A stretch of 64,000 nucleotides of DNA, taken from the NCBI GenBank assembly GCA_951406725.2, contig OX597815.1:160332001-160396000 (forward strand). The letters run 5' to 3'. The translations under genes were made by a program, and so were the position numbers. This DNA comes from Octopus vulgaris. Its lineage: Eukaryota. This document shows, in pieces, positions 52,636 to 64,000 of this stretch. Within the stretch, counting starts at the first letter, position 1, and every line of letters starts with the position of its first letter. The notes beneath the pieces were generated by a model. That model searched no databases. It was not told the origin of the DNA and saw only the letters and a list, made by a program, of their open reading frames with translations.

Positions 52636-54219
52636 TCAACGAGGAGTTTGCATATTAAGTTGTGTTTGGAATTTTTCAATAAAGAGATTCTCCTTGTTAA
52701 TTCTCTCCTGTGTGGTGATCCCGTCTTTACATTGGTAGAAGGGGAATATATAGAATTTGGGGTTTAAGTCTTTAGCACATGAGTCTAAGTGGTCACTCAG
52801 TGGAATTTGTCGGTATTCCGGGAGATTTATTTGTTCTTTATGCACCGTTACTCGTTTACGTAACGGGAGACTCGTTTGTCCCACATAATTATGTTGGCAA
52901 CCAGCGCATGTGAGAACGTAGATAAGGTTCTCGGAGGAACAGGAGAAGTTAGTCTTGATTTTAAACTTCGTACCTTGTTTGAAGGTAAATTCAGAGCCTT
53001 CAAGTAGAAAGGGGCAGGTACCACAGTTTGAGCGTGCACATTTTTTTACTGTTGGGGGTGGATGTGGTGTGTGAAGTTTGGCATTTGTCAAGAGTTTTTT
53101 TAAAGATTTGTGTTGCCTTTTGCATTTGAGGATTTTGTGTGTATTTATAATGTTTTTCATTTTTGGGTCTGTTGACAGTAGACTGAGGTTTTGTATGATT
53201 GTGGTGTATGCTTCGATATTTTTGGGGTTGTGGGTGGAAATGTATGGAAGTATTTTGAGGTTGTGTGTGGTGTTAGGTTGGGTGGTTATCAGTGTAGTGT
53301 TGTCTAGTTCTTTGGCGCGTTTTATTCCATACTCTATAAGGGTGGAGGGATATTGACGTTGTAATAGTGTTTTTTTGAGGTCTTGAAGGCGTATTTCTCG
53401 TGTTTTTGGATCCGAGACAATGGTGCATACCCTTTTAGCTAAATTGAAAGGGATATTTGTCTTGGTGTGTTTTGGGTGGCATGAACTAAAGAGGAGGTAT
53501 TGTTGTGAGTCTGTAGGTTTGTGGTAGATGTCTGTTATGATTTGGTTCTTAGGTGTTTTTATAATTAGGAGATCAAGGAATGGGAGATGATGTTTGCTTA
53601 ATTCCATAGTGAATTGGATGTTGGGATGTATGTTGTTTAGTATGGTTTTGAATTCCAGGAGTTTTTCATAAGGTTCTTTCCATATGATGAAACAATCATC
53701 TAAATACCTTTTCCAGTTTTCCATTAGGTAGGTGTGGAAAACATGTCCAAATTTCTGGCTTGATATTTCATAGAGTGACAGTTCGAAGTAACCCATTATG
53801 AGGTTCGCAAGGACTGGTGCAGCCTTGGTACCCATCGCAATGCCACATTTTTGACGGTAGTGTGTGTCGTCGAAGAGAAAAAAATTGTTTGTCAGAATGA
53901 ACTTAAGAGATTCTGTAATAAAAGACTTGTTAATGCGGTCAGGGAATGTCTCTGGGTGTTTTTCTAGCCAGAAGTCAATTGCCTCTATACCATACTCATG
54001 TGGAATGTTGGTGTAGAGGTTGATGACATCAAAGGATACCAGGAGTGCCTCCTCGTTAACTGTTTTCGGGAGGTGTTTGAGCATGTCCAGATCATCCCTA
54101 ATGAAACTTTTGATGTGGGTAAGGAAAGGTTTCAAAAGGATGTCTAGGAAGTTACTCAGGCGGTGTGTTTCACAGGAGGTACCAGCCACGATGGGCCTTA
54201 GTTTTAGGTCCTCCGGTGC
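52636..54219 (-). CDS. Penelope-like reverse transcriptase + GIY-YIG endonuclease (N-terminally truncated)
   Basis: LRPIVAG, SFDVINLYTNIP, GIAMGTKAAPVLANL, RYLDD, LPFLDL, YHKPT; Cys linker CARSNCGTC; NLIY..CAGC..YVGQT..R...H; no stops. Confidence 0.96.
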   Translation of the reverse strand, partial: APEDLKLRPIVAGTSCETHRLSNFLDILLKPFLTHIKSFIRDDLDMLKHLPKTVNEEALLVSFDVINLYTNIPHEYGIEAIDFWLEKHPETFPDRINKSFITESLKFILTNNFFLFDDTHYRQKCGIAMGTKAAPVLANLIMGYFELSLYEISSQKFGHVFHTYLMENWKRYLDDCFIIWKEPYEKLLEFKTILNNIHPNIQFTMELSKHHLPFLDLLIIKTPKNQIITDIYHKPTDSQQYLLFSSCHPKHTKTNIPFNLAKRVCTIVSDPKTREIRLQDLKKTLLQRQYPSTLIEYGIKRAKELDNTTLITTQPNTTHNLKILPYISTHNPKNIEAYTTIIQNLSLLSTDPKMKNIINTHKILKCKRQHKSLKKLLTNAKLHTPHPPPTVKKCARSNCGTCPFLLEGSEFTFKQGTKFKIKTNFSCSSENLIYVLTCAGCQHNYVGQTSLPLRKRVTVHKEQINLPEYRQIPLSDHLDSCAKDLNPKFYIFPFYQCKDGITTQERINKENLFIEKFQTQLNMQTPR

Positions 54220-54220
54220 C

Positions 54221-54292
54221 TGACCAGTGTTCCGTCCAGGTGGAGAATATCAATGCCATGGAAACTGGCCCTTATGAGTCAGCATGACTCGA
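54221..54292 (+). mobile_element. SINE (family A variant) 3' fragment at the Penelope inversion junction
   Basis: gtccaggtggag...ggaaactggcccttatgagtcagcatgactcga matches 3635-3715 and the reverse of 42680-42765. Confidence 0.75.
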
Positions 54293-54369
54293 TAATTCTT
54301 TTACAAAAAACATTGCAATTTTCTTTTTTTCCCCTTTCTAATTTTGAAAAAAACTTCTTAAAACATAAA

Positions 54370-54410
54370 TATTCTTGACAAGTCATACATTGACGAAAAC
54401 CGGTTGAATA
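54370..54410 (+). ncRNA. Minimal type I hammerhead-like motif in the inverted pLTR
   Basis: Exact reverse complement of 51960-52000. Confidence 0.75.
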
Positions 54411-54549
54411 AATATATATATTTATATATTTTATCATTTTCTCATTTTATTAAAATTTTCTTTCATTTGAGCATTCTGCATTTTTAAAAAAATTTTTCCT
54501 TACTTATCATTTCTCCACGTGCGGTCAACACAACCCCACCATTTATTGA

Positions 54550-54591
<42 letters not shown>

Positions 54592-54710
54592 TATATATAA
54601 CATATATATGTATGTATATACAATCCACTGTAAGATATGTTCTGTAAATTCAACCACAAGTCGAAGGCGAGGGAATGAGCAAGAAATTATACAAAAAGTT
54701 TTCAGAAAAC

Positions 54711-54765
54711 TCTATACCTTGAGATTTCAAGCTCTGCAACAATTTGCTGTGCATTCATCAGTAGA
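54711..54765 (-). ncRNA. Type I hammerhead-like motif, canonical core
   Basis: Minus strand: tcta-CTGATGA-atgc...gctt-GAAA-tctcaagg-TA-taga. Confidence 0.65.
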
Positions 54766-54962
54766 TGTATACTTATCTTAGAGTGAATTGTAGGTATTTG
54801 ACATCTACTTCTAGCATAGGCCGCTGGTCATATCCAGTAACACTTAATTATAATTATATTTTATAATTATATGTTCTTAAAAATATTTAATTTTACCTGT
54901 ATGGTCTCTGTTATGCACTAGGCCACTAATATAATGATTTTTAAAATTACATCCTTATTTTA

Positions 54963-54998
<36 letters not shown>

Positions 54999-55216
54999 TG
55001 ACACTCATGGATAAGTAATTCTTGTTCTTGGGTGCATTTACAAAGAATATACCAATCCCACCTAGGGGTCTCTACATGGAATTCTTACTATAAAACATTA
55101 ATGACTTCGTCACTCAAATGAGGTGGAGAGCCCTCTACTATGAAAATATATTTAACTCTCCACATTTTAAAATTTCTCTGTCATTTCTATTCTGTGTAAG
55201 TTGGACTTATTTATAT

Positions 55217-55300
<84 letters not shown>

Positions 55301-55371
55301 GTAACTGCGTGTGTATCATTGGCGATTTTTTTCCTCCATCTTCTCTACTTTGGATCTTTCCTTTTCCCATG

Positions 55372-55404
55372 TTTCTGACAAAGAGCTCCACTCGAAACGT
55401 TAAA
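55372..55404 (+). ncRNA. Minimal type I hammerhead-like motif in a ~210-bp microsatellite-flanked insert (55300-55510)
   Basis: ttt-CTGACAA-a-gag-ctcca-ctc-GAAA-cg-TT-aaa; G8->A is consistent with CpG decay. Confidence 0.6.
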
Positions 55405-55566
55405 TCCTACTTCTTTCTTTCCTTTCTGAGCATTCAATAACACTATACTTGTTCCACATCCTCGCGTTGTTGTGTTTTCTCTTTGTGTTTTCATGTTTGG
55501 ATTAACTTTATAGACATACATACATACATACATACATACATACATACATACATACACATACATACA

Positions 55567-55612
<46 letters not shown>

Positions 55613-55613
<1 letters not shown>

Positions 55614-56481
55614 CATCATCATCATCATCGTTTAACGTCCGTTCTCCATGCTAGCATGGGTTGGACGGTTCGACCGGGGATCTGGGAAGCCAGAAGGCTG
55701 CACCAGGCTCCAGTCTTATCTGGCAATGTTTCTACAGCTGGATGCCCTTCCTAACGCCAACCACTCCGTGAGTGTAGTGGGTGCTTTTTACGTGCCACCT
55801 GCACAGGTACCAGGCAAGGCTGGCAACAGCCACGGTCGGATTGGTGCATTTTACGTGCCACCAGTCTTATCTGACAATGTTTCTACAGCTGGATGCCCTT
55901 CCTAACGCCAACCACTCCGTGAGTGTAGTGGGTGATTTTTACATGCCACCTGCACAGGTGCCAGGCAAGGCTGGTAACGGCCACGGTCGGATTGGTGCAT
56001 TTTACGTGCCACCGGCACGGAAGCCAGTGGAGGCGGCGCTGGCATCGGCCACGAGTCGGACAGTGCTTTTTACATACCACCAGACCAGGGATCCTGGCTG
56101 GTTCAATTCGATTTCGATTTCGCTTGCCCCAACATGTCTTCGCAAGCAAAGGGGGTTGGCATGGGTGCCTGTCGTACGGTCGGATTGGTGTATTTTACGT
56201 GCCACCGGCACGGAAGCCAGTGGAGGCGGCGCTGGCATCGGCCACGAGTCGGACAGTGCTTTTTACGTACCACCAGACCAGGGATCCTGGCTGGTTCAAT
56301 TCGATTTCGATTTCGCTTTCGCTTGCCCCAACATGTCTTTGCAAGCAAAGGGGGTTGGCATGGGTGCCTGTTGTCGGATGAGGTTCTATATCGACTTCGC
56401 TTGCCTCAACAGGTCTTTGTGTCCAAGGGAGGAAAGGCATTCATAAGTGGGCTGGGCTCACTTGTCCTGCCTGGTCTTCTC
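55613..56481 (-). mobile_element. Young RTE-type 3' UTR/tail with tandem modules and internal duplications
   Basis: (CAT)n, then the reverse of the RTE tail; repeated ggtgc(t/a)ttttacgtgccacc; ~150-bp and ~190-bp internal duplications. Confidence 0.85.
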
Positions 56482-56517
<36 letters not shown>

Positions 56518-57184
56518 TTATATATAAACATTCATCATTCATCATCTAAAAGTTTCCACCTTTTGCTTTCTCTTGTTTTGCATGTATTCATATGTACATA
56601 TTTTGTATTTGATGTACTTAATATATTTGATGTGTCTAATTTGCTTATCCCCATAATTGATTTTATATATATATATAAGCATGTGTGTGAATAAATATAT
56701 GTATGTGCATGCATGTGTGTGTGTGTAAATAAATATCCTCTTTTGAAGATTTTTAAGTTGCTAGCTAAAGTACACAATGATATGTTAGGCAATGACTGTT
56801 AAGATATAGTTGTTATTGTAATGACAAACAATAAATTTATTCTATGCACATATAAAAATATTTTAGTTCTTGTTAATAATTATATATTAGCGACAGAGAA
56901 AGTGTTAATACTGAGAAGTAATATTTATCCCTCGTTAAACATGGATGTTCTTTTAGAGCAAACTATACTGCAGTAGATACCACGAGAGAAACTGTCATAT
57001 TGGGTTTTGGTGCAAAATACACTCTTGTTTATATTGCTAGCAGGGCGATATATACCCACCATCTCCAGCCCTGAGACCACTACAGGGTCAGACTAAGGCC
57101 CATAAAGGCCCTCATCACATAAAAGGTTTTGGTATACATACACGCATACCAAAAGTATACGTAAATGGTTCAAAAAATGATAAA

Positions 57185-57950
57185 CGTCGCCCTTTTCAAG
57201 CCTATCCAGGCTCATGGGCCCAGTTTCCTGTTTTCTGTGGAATATGTGTTCCCCCCCAGCTGGACGGGACATCAGTCCATTGCAGTGTTACTCAAGAAAC
57301 AGGAAGAGAGAGTGAGATAAAGTTGTAGCGAAAGAGTACAACAGGGGTCGCCACCACACCCTGAAGGAACCTCGTGGAGCTTTTAGGTGATTTTTGCTCA
57401 ATAAGCACACACAACGCCTGGTCTGGGAATCGAAACCGTAATCCATTGACCCCAGTGCATAACTGGTACTGATTTAATCGACCCTGAAAGGATGAAAGGC
57501 AAAGTCGATCTCGGCAAAGTCGATCTCGGCAGACGAAATACTGCTAAGCATTTCACCCAATGTGGTAACGTTTCTGCCAGCTCGCCGCCTTGTGTGGCAA
57601 GAAGCAAGCTTCTTGCCACACAGCTACACCAGCACCTATAATCTATTTATATATATGTATAAGTGATGAATGCATGTAGCCTGGAGGTTAGGGTGTTGCA
57701 CTCATGATCACTAGATTGTGGGTTTCGATTCTCAGACAAGACCGTGGGAAATACTTCATTTCAAGTTGGAAATACTTCATTTCAAGTTGCTCTGTAATCA
57801 TTTTGATATATGATGTGTGGCATACTTATGCACCTAGACAATGTTGATTTGGTGAAGGCAAAAAGCTAATGTACAGCACATGCATAGAATCACTATAAAC
57901 AAATGATTTGTGCTGGTCGTTCAGCAAAAGCTGAACTTTCATACATCTTC
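57185..57950. mobile_element. SINE cluster: family A variant (-), family C (-, 57445-57590), family A-type head (+, from 57670)
   Basis: Homology to the copies above. Confidence 0.75.
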
Positions 57951-59840
57951 AAGGGAAGATGCCATCAAGCATGGATAGATGGATGTATGTGTGTGTGTGT
58001 GTGTGTGTGTGTGCATTAAAGCAGACAACAGAGAGGAATTACAATTAAAGTTATAACCTGACTGCAGGCTGGTCCTCTTAGAGAGTAAGAAATTAAAAGT
58101 CAAAATATTTGCCTGAGTGGGTTTTCTTTTCTGAAAACCCTCTGCTCTCTTGAGAGTTTCTTATCACTGTATACATACAGACAGAGTGAGAGAGCCTTTA
58201 ATATTCAGGTAACATAATAACCCATGCATGAATAAATAAATAAATAAAACAATTATTCTATTTAGTTAGTTCTTTTTATTTTCTGAGTTCATTTATAAAA
58301 AAAGTGCCAATTTTGCTCCTTCATCCACCTGGGTGTCACTAAAATAACTTGCAGTCAAGTAACACCATCTATTTAATGAGCTGAGCGCTCCTGCAAAATT
58401 TATAGCTTTGGGCCAACGTTAGGAATTTCTGTTTAGTTATCTTCAATCTCATGATAAAACATGCAAATGTTCCTTAACTCAGAATCAATTATACTTTCAA
58501 TTTATGCGGTTAGATAAAGAATTCTATAAAACGAATCCCTTCTAGCAAATTACATCTTCATTGACTTCCAAATAATCATGTTGTTCCTTTGCTTCTCATC
58601 TTGTAAGAACAAGCAGCCTACAGATTTTTAGCAAAATAAGAAGCTTCATTTGATAGATGGTAGACAGGGAAGTTTATTCATTACTTTTTTTATTTTCTTT
58701 TTTCCTGAAATACATTGACTTATGAACTATATTTGACTGATAAAAATCATTGTTCTCCACAGATAAAAACATTTTGAATGTGAAAGTTTTCTTGGTAACA
58801 ACTAAGTTATCTTATAACAGAGAGATGTTCACTCTTTTCTCTCCAATTTAGCCTAGCAATGGGACTTAGCAGGCATCAAAATGATTTGGGAGTAAAAGTT
58901 CATCTATTTTATAATGAAATAGATGGAGAGAAATGTTTTGAATTATATACTATGAAAATTGCCTTACAAGATGAATCACAGTACTTGAAATGGGAAATGA
59001 AGGGAAAAAAAGCCTTTCTCATTCTTATATAAAACACTGAAAAGATCTGGTGTAAATTATATTTTGAAAATCTGTTGTCTAAAGTGTAAATAATTTGCTC
59101 TGAATATACTGGGTTGGTCGATAAATTCATTTGTTTCTTTCCTATGTTATTTGGAATTAACATGAGAAATATTTTCATTATAGTGTGTTATGGGTTTTAT
59201 TTTATCACTCATATTTATCTTAAACAATAAGCATCCGAGATTCAGTGTGCTGGCTTCCCACCATTGACGCTACACATATATTAAAGAGATTATAATTTAC
59301 TGTAGCCACTGCAAAAATTTGAACATGCTAATAATGAAATGAAACACCCCTATCTATCTTGCTAAGATTATCAGTGAGTAAGGCATGCCATTAGTTCTTT
59401 ACCTATTCCAATCTCCACTCACGCATTTTGGTTCTTCTGCTCATGCAGGTTTTGCATTCTCTACATCAAACTAAACTAACAAGTCATATATATATATATA
59501 TATTACAAGAAAGTACACAGTTATGGGACATTTGTAATGTTATGTAAGATACATCTTACATGCTTTTGAAACAATTGTAGTACTTGATAACCTCTTCTAT
59601 CCATTTATTACAGATTTGATTGCTGTATTATAGAAAACATTTGTTACTTCTGAAATGGAGCTGTACTGCATCTGTTAACAGATTTTTCTGTCTAATCTCG
59701 ATATAGGATGAACTGTATTTGATGCATTGATTAATACATTTTATTTATCAACCATTGAGTCATCTGCATCCTCTTTACAAGCTGTGTTTATGCCAAAGAC
59801 TAACAAACTGCATTTTACCATGATTACTCAACTGATCCTA

Positions 59841-59877
<37 letters not shown>

Positions 59878-60316
59878 GAGTGAGAGAGCAGTGCATGCCA
59901 TCAAAGTGAGAGTAGGCTACAAATATACGAAGCCCAATATACCCATCATGACTGCCCATCTGATAAGGCACATGCATCACAACCATATGTACGTGACATC
60001 ATGATCACAGATCAAGATAAACAGTGCATGACCTTGCAGGTGGGACCCAGTTAGAATTTTCTTCATATTGAGTAGCCCATCCCACACAAAAGGTCCCTGA
60101 ATAATGGTTGTTTAAGGACGTTGAATGAAATACCCATGTTTCCAAATGTGAATTATCCAAACTCCAAAGAACTCCTCTCAACACATGACTATGATGCTCT
60201 CCATCTACTTCTGCTCATGATCAGAGATGCACATATCGTCAGCCACCAAGGGACATGCTCAACTGGGTATGGTCAAACAACTGACAAGTAAATCTGTGGT
60301 ATTAAGCAGAATATTT
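59878..60316. repeat. Unclassified interspersed element between two (ATT)n runs
   Basis: Higher-GC block bounded by (ATT)n on both sides; single copy here. Confidence 0.4.
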
Positions 60317-60649
60317 GTATTATTATTATTATTATTATTATTACTCTGACCTCTCATTACCTGGTACAAAGCCACCTCCCTCAATGTTGTTCTCTACTCA
60401 GCTGTGGTAGGTGGGTGGGGGGTATCTTGCAAGTTGCTGCTGCTAATTCCCCATAAAAAGCACCCAGTACACTCTGTAAAGTGTTTTGTATTAGGAAGGG
60501 CTTCCAACTGTAGAAACGTAGAGACAATGGGGTCTGTTATAGACCCCCGGCCTTACCTGCTCCTGTCAAACCATCCAACCCATGTCAGCATGGAAACCGA
60601 ATGTTAAATGATGATGATGATGATTATGTATATACCTCTTACCTATATA

Positions 60650-61381
60650 TAGGTTGTCCTAAGAGTCACTGATGGGTTTCAATTTTAACAACTTCCTTAA
60701 CTTTCAAATAAATGTATGAAATTTTGATTCAATATAAAGGACATAATGGAAATTAATATGCACAAGTGAAATTTTGCAACCCCACTACATCATGTATGAA
60801 AACTGACGTTGCTTAAATGGCAGCCATTTTTGGCTTTGCACACCTGTGCTCTTTCCAAAACTTGCACCATAACACTCTCATGAGTTTCAGACCCCACTTC
60901 TCTGATTTCTCTGTTGATGTTCTCCTTCAGTTGTATCATGGTCTGCGGTTTGTTGACATAAACCCTCTCTTTCAAGTATCCGTGACTGAGACCCTTTTGG
61001 TTCCAGAAAGATGGGGCAACTTCTCATACCACAAGAGAAACAATGCAATTGATATAGCAGTACGTTGGAAAGAGAATAATCTTCTGCTACAGCAATGTCA
61101 ACTGGCCTTCATGTTCCCCGGATTTTTTCTTGTGTGGATGCCTGGAAGAGAAGGTGTTATGGTGCAAGTTTTGGAAAGAGCATGGGTGTGTGAAGCCAAA
61201 AATGGCTGCCAATTAAGCGATGTCAGTTTTCATATCTGATGCAGTGGTGTTACAAAATTTGACTTGTGCATATAAATGTCCATTATGTCCTTTATAGTGT
61301 ATCAAAATTTCATGCATTTATTTGTAAAGTTAAGGAGGTTATTAAAAATTGAAACCCACCAGTGACTTTTGGGACACCTTG
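60650..61381. mobile_element. Tc1/mariner-superfamily (maT/rosa-like) deletion derivative with ~226-bp inverted arms
   Basis: TA|taggttgtcc...gggacaccttg|TA; both arms encode the transposase C-terminus (VMVQVLERA.VC.AKNGC.LS.VSFH); the left side also has KERVYVNKPQTMIQLKENI. Confidence 0.85.
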
Positions 61382-61874
61382 TAAATATATATATATATAT
61401 CTATAAGTATGAGGTATGTTATGGAAATAATATTAACAGGAAATATCATTTAATTTATACTTCTACAAATTGAATAGTAAGATATCAATGATATTATTTC
61501 TCTTCATACAATGTAATTATAATGTTTTAACATTAATTATGTAATACAGCATCAATAGAATGTAATATCAGCTTATTTGTCATTTGATATTCATTTGTAC
61601 AATCTTTGTTTGCCTTGTTTAGAAATTCATTGTAAATAGCTAATGATATCTGGGTTTATTTATATTTTCATTGTGTTTATTTTTATATAGACATCATGCA
61701 TTGCTTAATGAAAGGTTCCATTATGGAAAAATCAAAAGCTGAGATTCTTTGTTCATCGGCTGTTCATGTCTATAGAAAAGGAGCGAATTGTCTTACTAAA
61801 TGTCTATGTTAATTAATTTTTTGGCATTCCTGAAGCAAACTTGAATTTAATGAACTAAAGTACATCATATAATC

Positions 61875-62130
61875 TCTATCTTTTATTCTTTATTCTTTTA
61901 CTTGCTTTAGTCATTAGACTGTGGCCATGCTGGGGCACTGACTTAAAGAGGTTGTAGTCAAACAAATTGACCCCAGGACTTTTTATTTAAGACTGCTACT
62001 TATTATATTGCATTCTTTTACCAAACTGTTAAGCTATGGGGATGTAAACAAACCAACACTGGTTGTCAATCATTGGGTGAGTGAGACAAATACAGACATA
62101 AAGTCACTCTCTCACACACACATATACATA
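61875..62130 (-). mobile_element. SINE family B 3' half
   Basis: Reverse tail. Confidence 0.8.
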
Positions 62131-62189
62131 TATTTATATATTTACACCCCCCACATATATATATGTATATTTATATATTTACTATATAT

Positions 62190-63150
62190 ACTAGCAAATG
62201 CACCCGTCCTTAGGAAGGTTTAAATTGCTTTGGTGGTATTTTTTCACCAAATAATTGAACAACCAAGAAGCTTTATGAGTAGCACAGCAATCTATATTTC
62301 CAATTAACCTAGGAATGGAAAATCAAATTGAAGACTGGTTATTGTGGTGGTCGTTGCATTTTAATGATCATAGAACATATAAGTTTGCAAGCAATGCAAA
62401 GTAGAGCTACTGAAGTGTTTTGGGAGTAGATTACAGATAATGACTACAAAATATAGCTGTTTTACATGATAGAAAAATTTCTTGTCAGAAAAAGGCCCAT
62501 AAATGGTGTAAGGAAATTGAAGGAAGACACTGAAACCTTCTCTCTGCACGTTTATTTTATTCAACAGCAAAGGGAACTATTTTTTCAGAGAAAAGTATGA
62601 TTTGTACGTTCAAAAATGGCAATATAATACCTACTTGAAGAAGAGTTAAAGGAATATATTTGCTACATGCTGAAATTGACTTCAGGTAATAAAAAATGAA
62701 GACATGAAGAGTTTGACTTCAGTTCATGAATACTGCTTTGAATTTGTAGCAGTTCACAGTGAAAAGATGCCACGTTGAAAGGCAGACAGATAATTTTGAA
62801 GTTGTAATGACGGTAAAAGTGAGTAGGATACAAGTATATATGTACTGAAAATAACCAGCATGAATCTTGTTAGCAGAGTTTACTTAGAGTTATCCCCCAG
62901 CCTATAACAACAGTTACTAATGAGCTGGAAATTGGAGAACGAGTGCATTGTATTGGAGTTTGTAGCCATTCAGACCAAAGACAGAATGCTGCCCAGTCCG
63001 CACCATGAGGATGTAAAATCTTGTGAACCATCCCACGTTGGTGTTGAAACAGTTTCTATAGAGTTGACATGATAAAGCATGTTGATGTACTTGTGTAGCT
63101 GATGGTGTGGCTTCACCGGGACGGCAGAGCAGAACTGCAATTTCACATTA
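62190..63150. mobile_element. Possible Helitron/Helentron-like relic
   Basis: actag end followed by the short hairpin cccgtcct-t-aggaagg; resemblance only. Confidence 0.3.
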
Positions 63151-63217
63151 CCTTTGACTTTCCATCCTCAGAGTTTCTTTTCAGCTTTCTGTCATTTCTC
63201 AGTAAATATTTTAAAAA

Positions 63218-63428
63218 TTTCTTTATTGCCCACAGGAGGTTAAACATAGAGAGGACAAACAAGGGATTAAGTCGATTATATCGACCCCAGTGTGTAACTG
63301 GTACTTATTAATCGACCCCGAAAAGGATGAAAGGCAAAGTCAACCTCGGTGGAATTTGAACTCAGAATGTAGCAGCAGACAAAATACTGCTAAGCATTTC
63401 ATCTGGCATGCTAATGATTCTGCCAGCA
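63218..63428 (-). mobile_element. SINE family C
   Basis: Homology to family C. Confidence 0.88.
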
Positions 63429-64000
63429 GTAAATATAACAGGTCAGTTGTTAAGGAACATAAAATGGAACAGTATATCTGTCTTTTTACTCTTGCTTTTA
63501 ATTTATTTGATATGGAGGTTACACAAAGTATATCCATGATACTTTTCTGTCCAGTGAAATGAGAATTCTTGCTATAAAATGTATAGGTACTGTGAGTTAT
63601 CTCTTAAATCTATCACTATATTGTTGATGCTATTTAACATAAGTAGCTCTTTGTGTTTCTTCAATTCCAAATGCGCCTTAGACATGACCTAACATGCACT
63701 TACTTTAACAGCCAATGTGTCTTTTATTAACTGGCTACATTTTGCTTAGTTTTATTTTTAAGTCACTAAATACTTGTCATATTCTGCAGTGGTAATGCTC
63801 TTTACATGTATTTGCCGTCTCTCTCTAGATATGTTTTCATAGATCATGCTAAAACTGAAACAAGTAATGCATTTAATTTTTCTTGAATGGTAAGATTAAG
63901 TATATATTGATTTTACAAAATCATTTTGCAATGAACCATTTCATTTAAGCTTCTGAATACTAATAAGCTTGTGGTCCTGTCATTTCTAGTTACAATAACC

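Larger units (their letters stand above)
51866..54504 (-). mobile_element. Penelope-like element (Neptune type), 5'-truncated, with inverted pLTR
   Basis: RT+GIY-YIG ORF; 210-bp inverted repeats at 51866-52075 and 54295-54504 with about one mismatch by eye. Confidence 0.93.

Noticed and set aside
51001-56694. GC-rich ORFs of 80-220 aa with CHRHR/YVPP repeats; pistol-ribozyme or CRISPR reading of the 62-bp units
   Set aside because: The ORFs are by-products of tandem non-coding modules. The units lack pistol P2 topology and have no unique spacers or cas genes.

Overview
AT-rich, microsatellite-dense animal genomic DNA. The SINE families and overall repeat landscape look like an octopus/coleoid genome (inference from pattern recognition, no search run). 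I cannot support a host protein-coding gene: most ORFs in the track are (TA)n/(CA)n/(TATG)n artefacts, and only one unexplained exon-like stretch (22597-22831) remains. The window is mostly transposon debris: at least three tRNA-like SINE families, RTE, R4/Dong-like and CR1-like LINE fragments, Tc1/mariner, hAT and piggyBac-type relics, a full-length U6 pseudogene abutting a SINE, and one young 5'-truncated Neptune-type Penelope element (intact RT + GIY-YIG ORF, 52636-54219, minus strand) bracketed by 210-bp inverted pLTRs. The main signal outside the ORF track is RNA structure. First, I read 11 minimal type I hammerhead-ribozyme-like motifs from about 8 unrelated sequence families. Five of the families carry a compensatory U3:A8 core instead of C3:G8, and two occur as head-to-head palindromic dimers embedded in microsatellites. 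Second, RTE-type 3' tails carry tandem ~62-nt pseudoknot+hairpin modules. All structures were read by eye and none is tested for activity.
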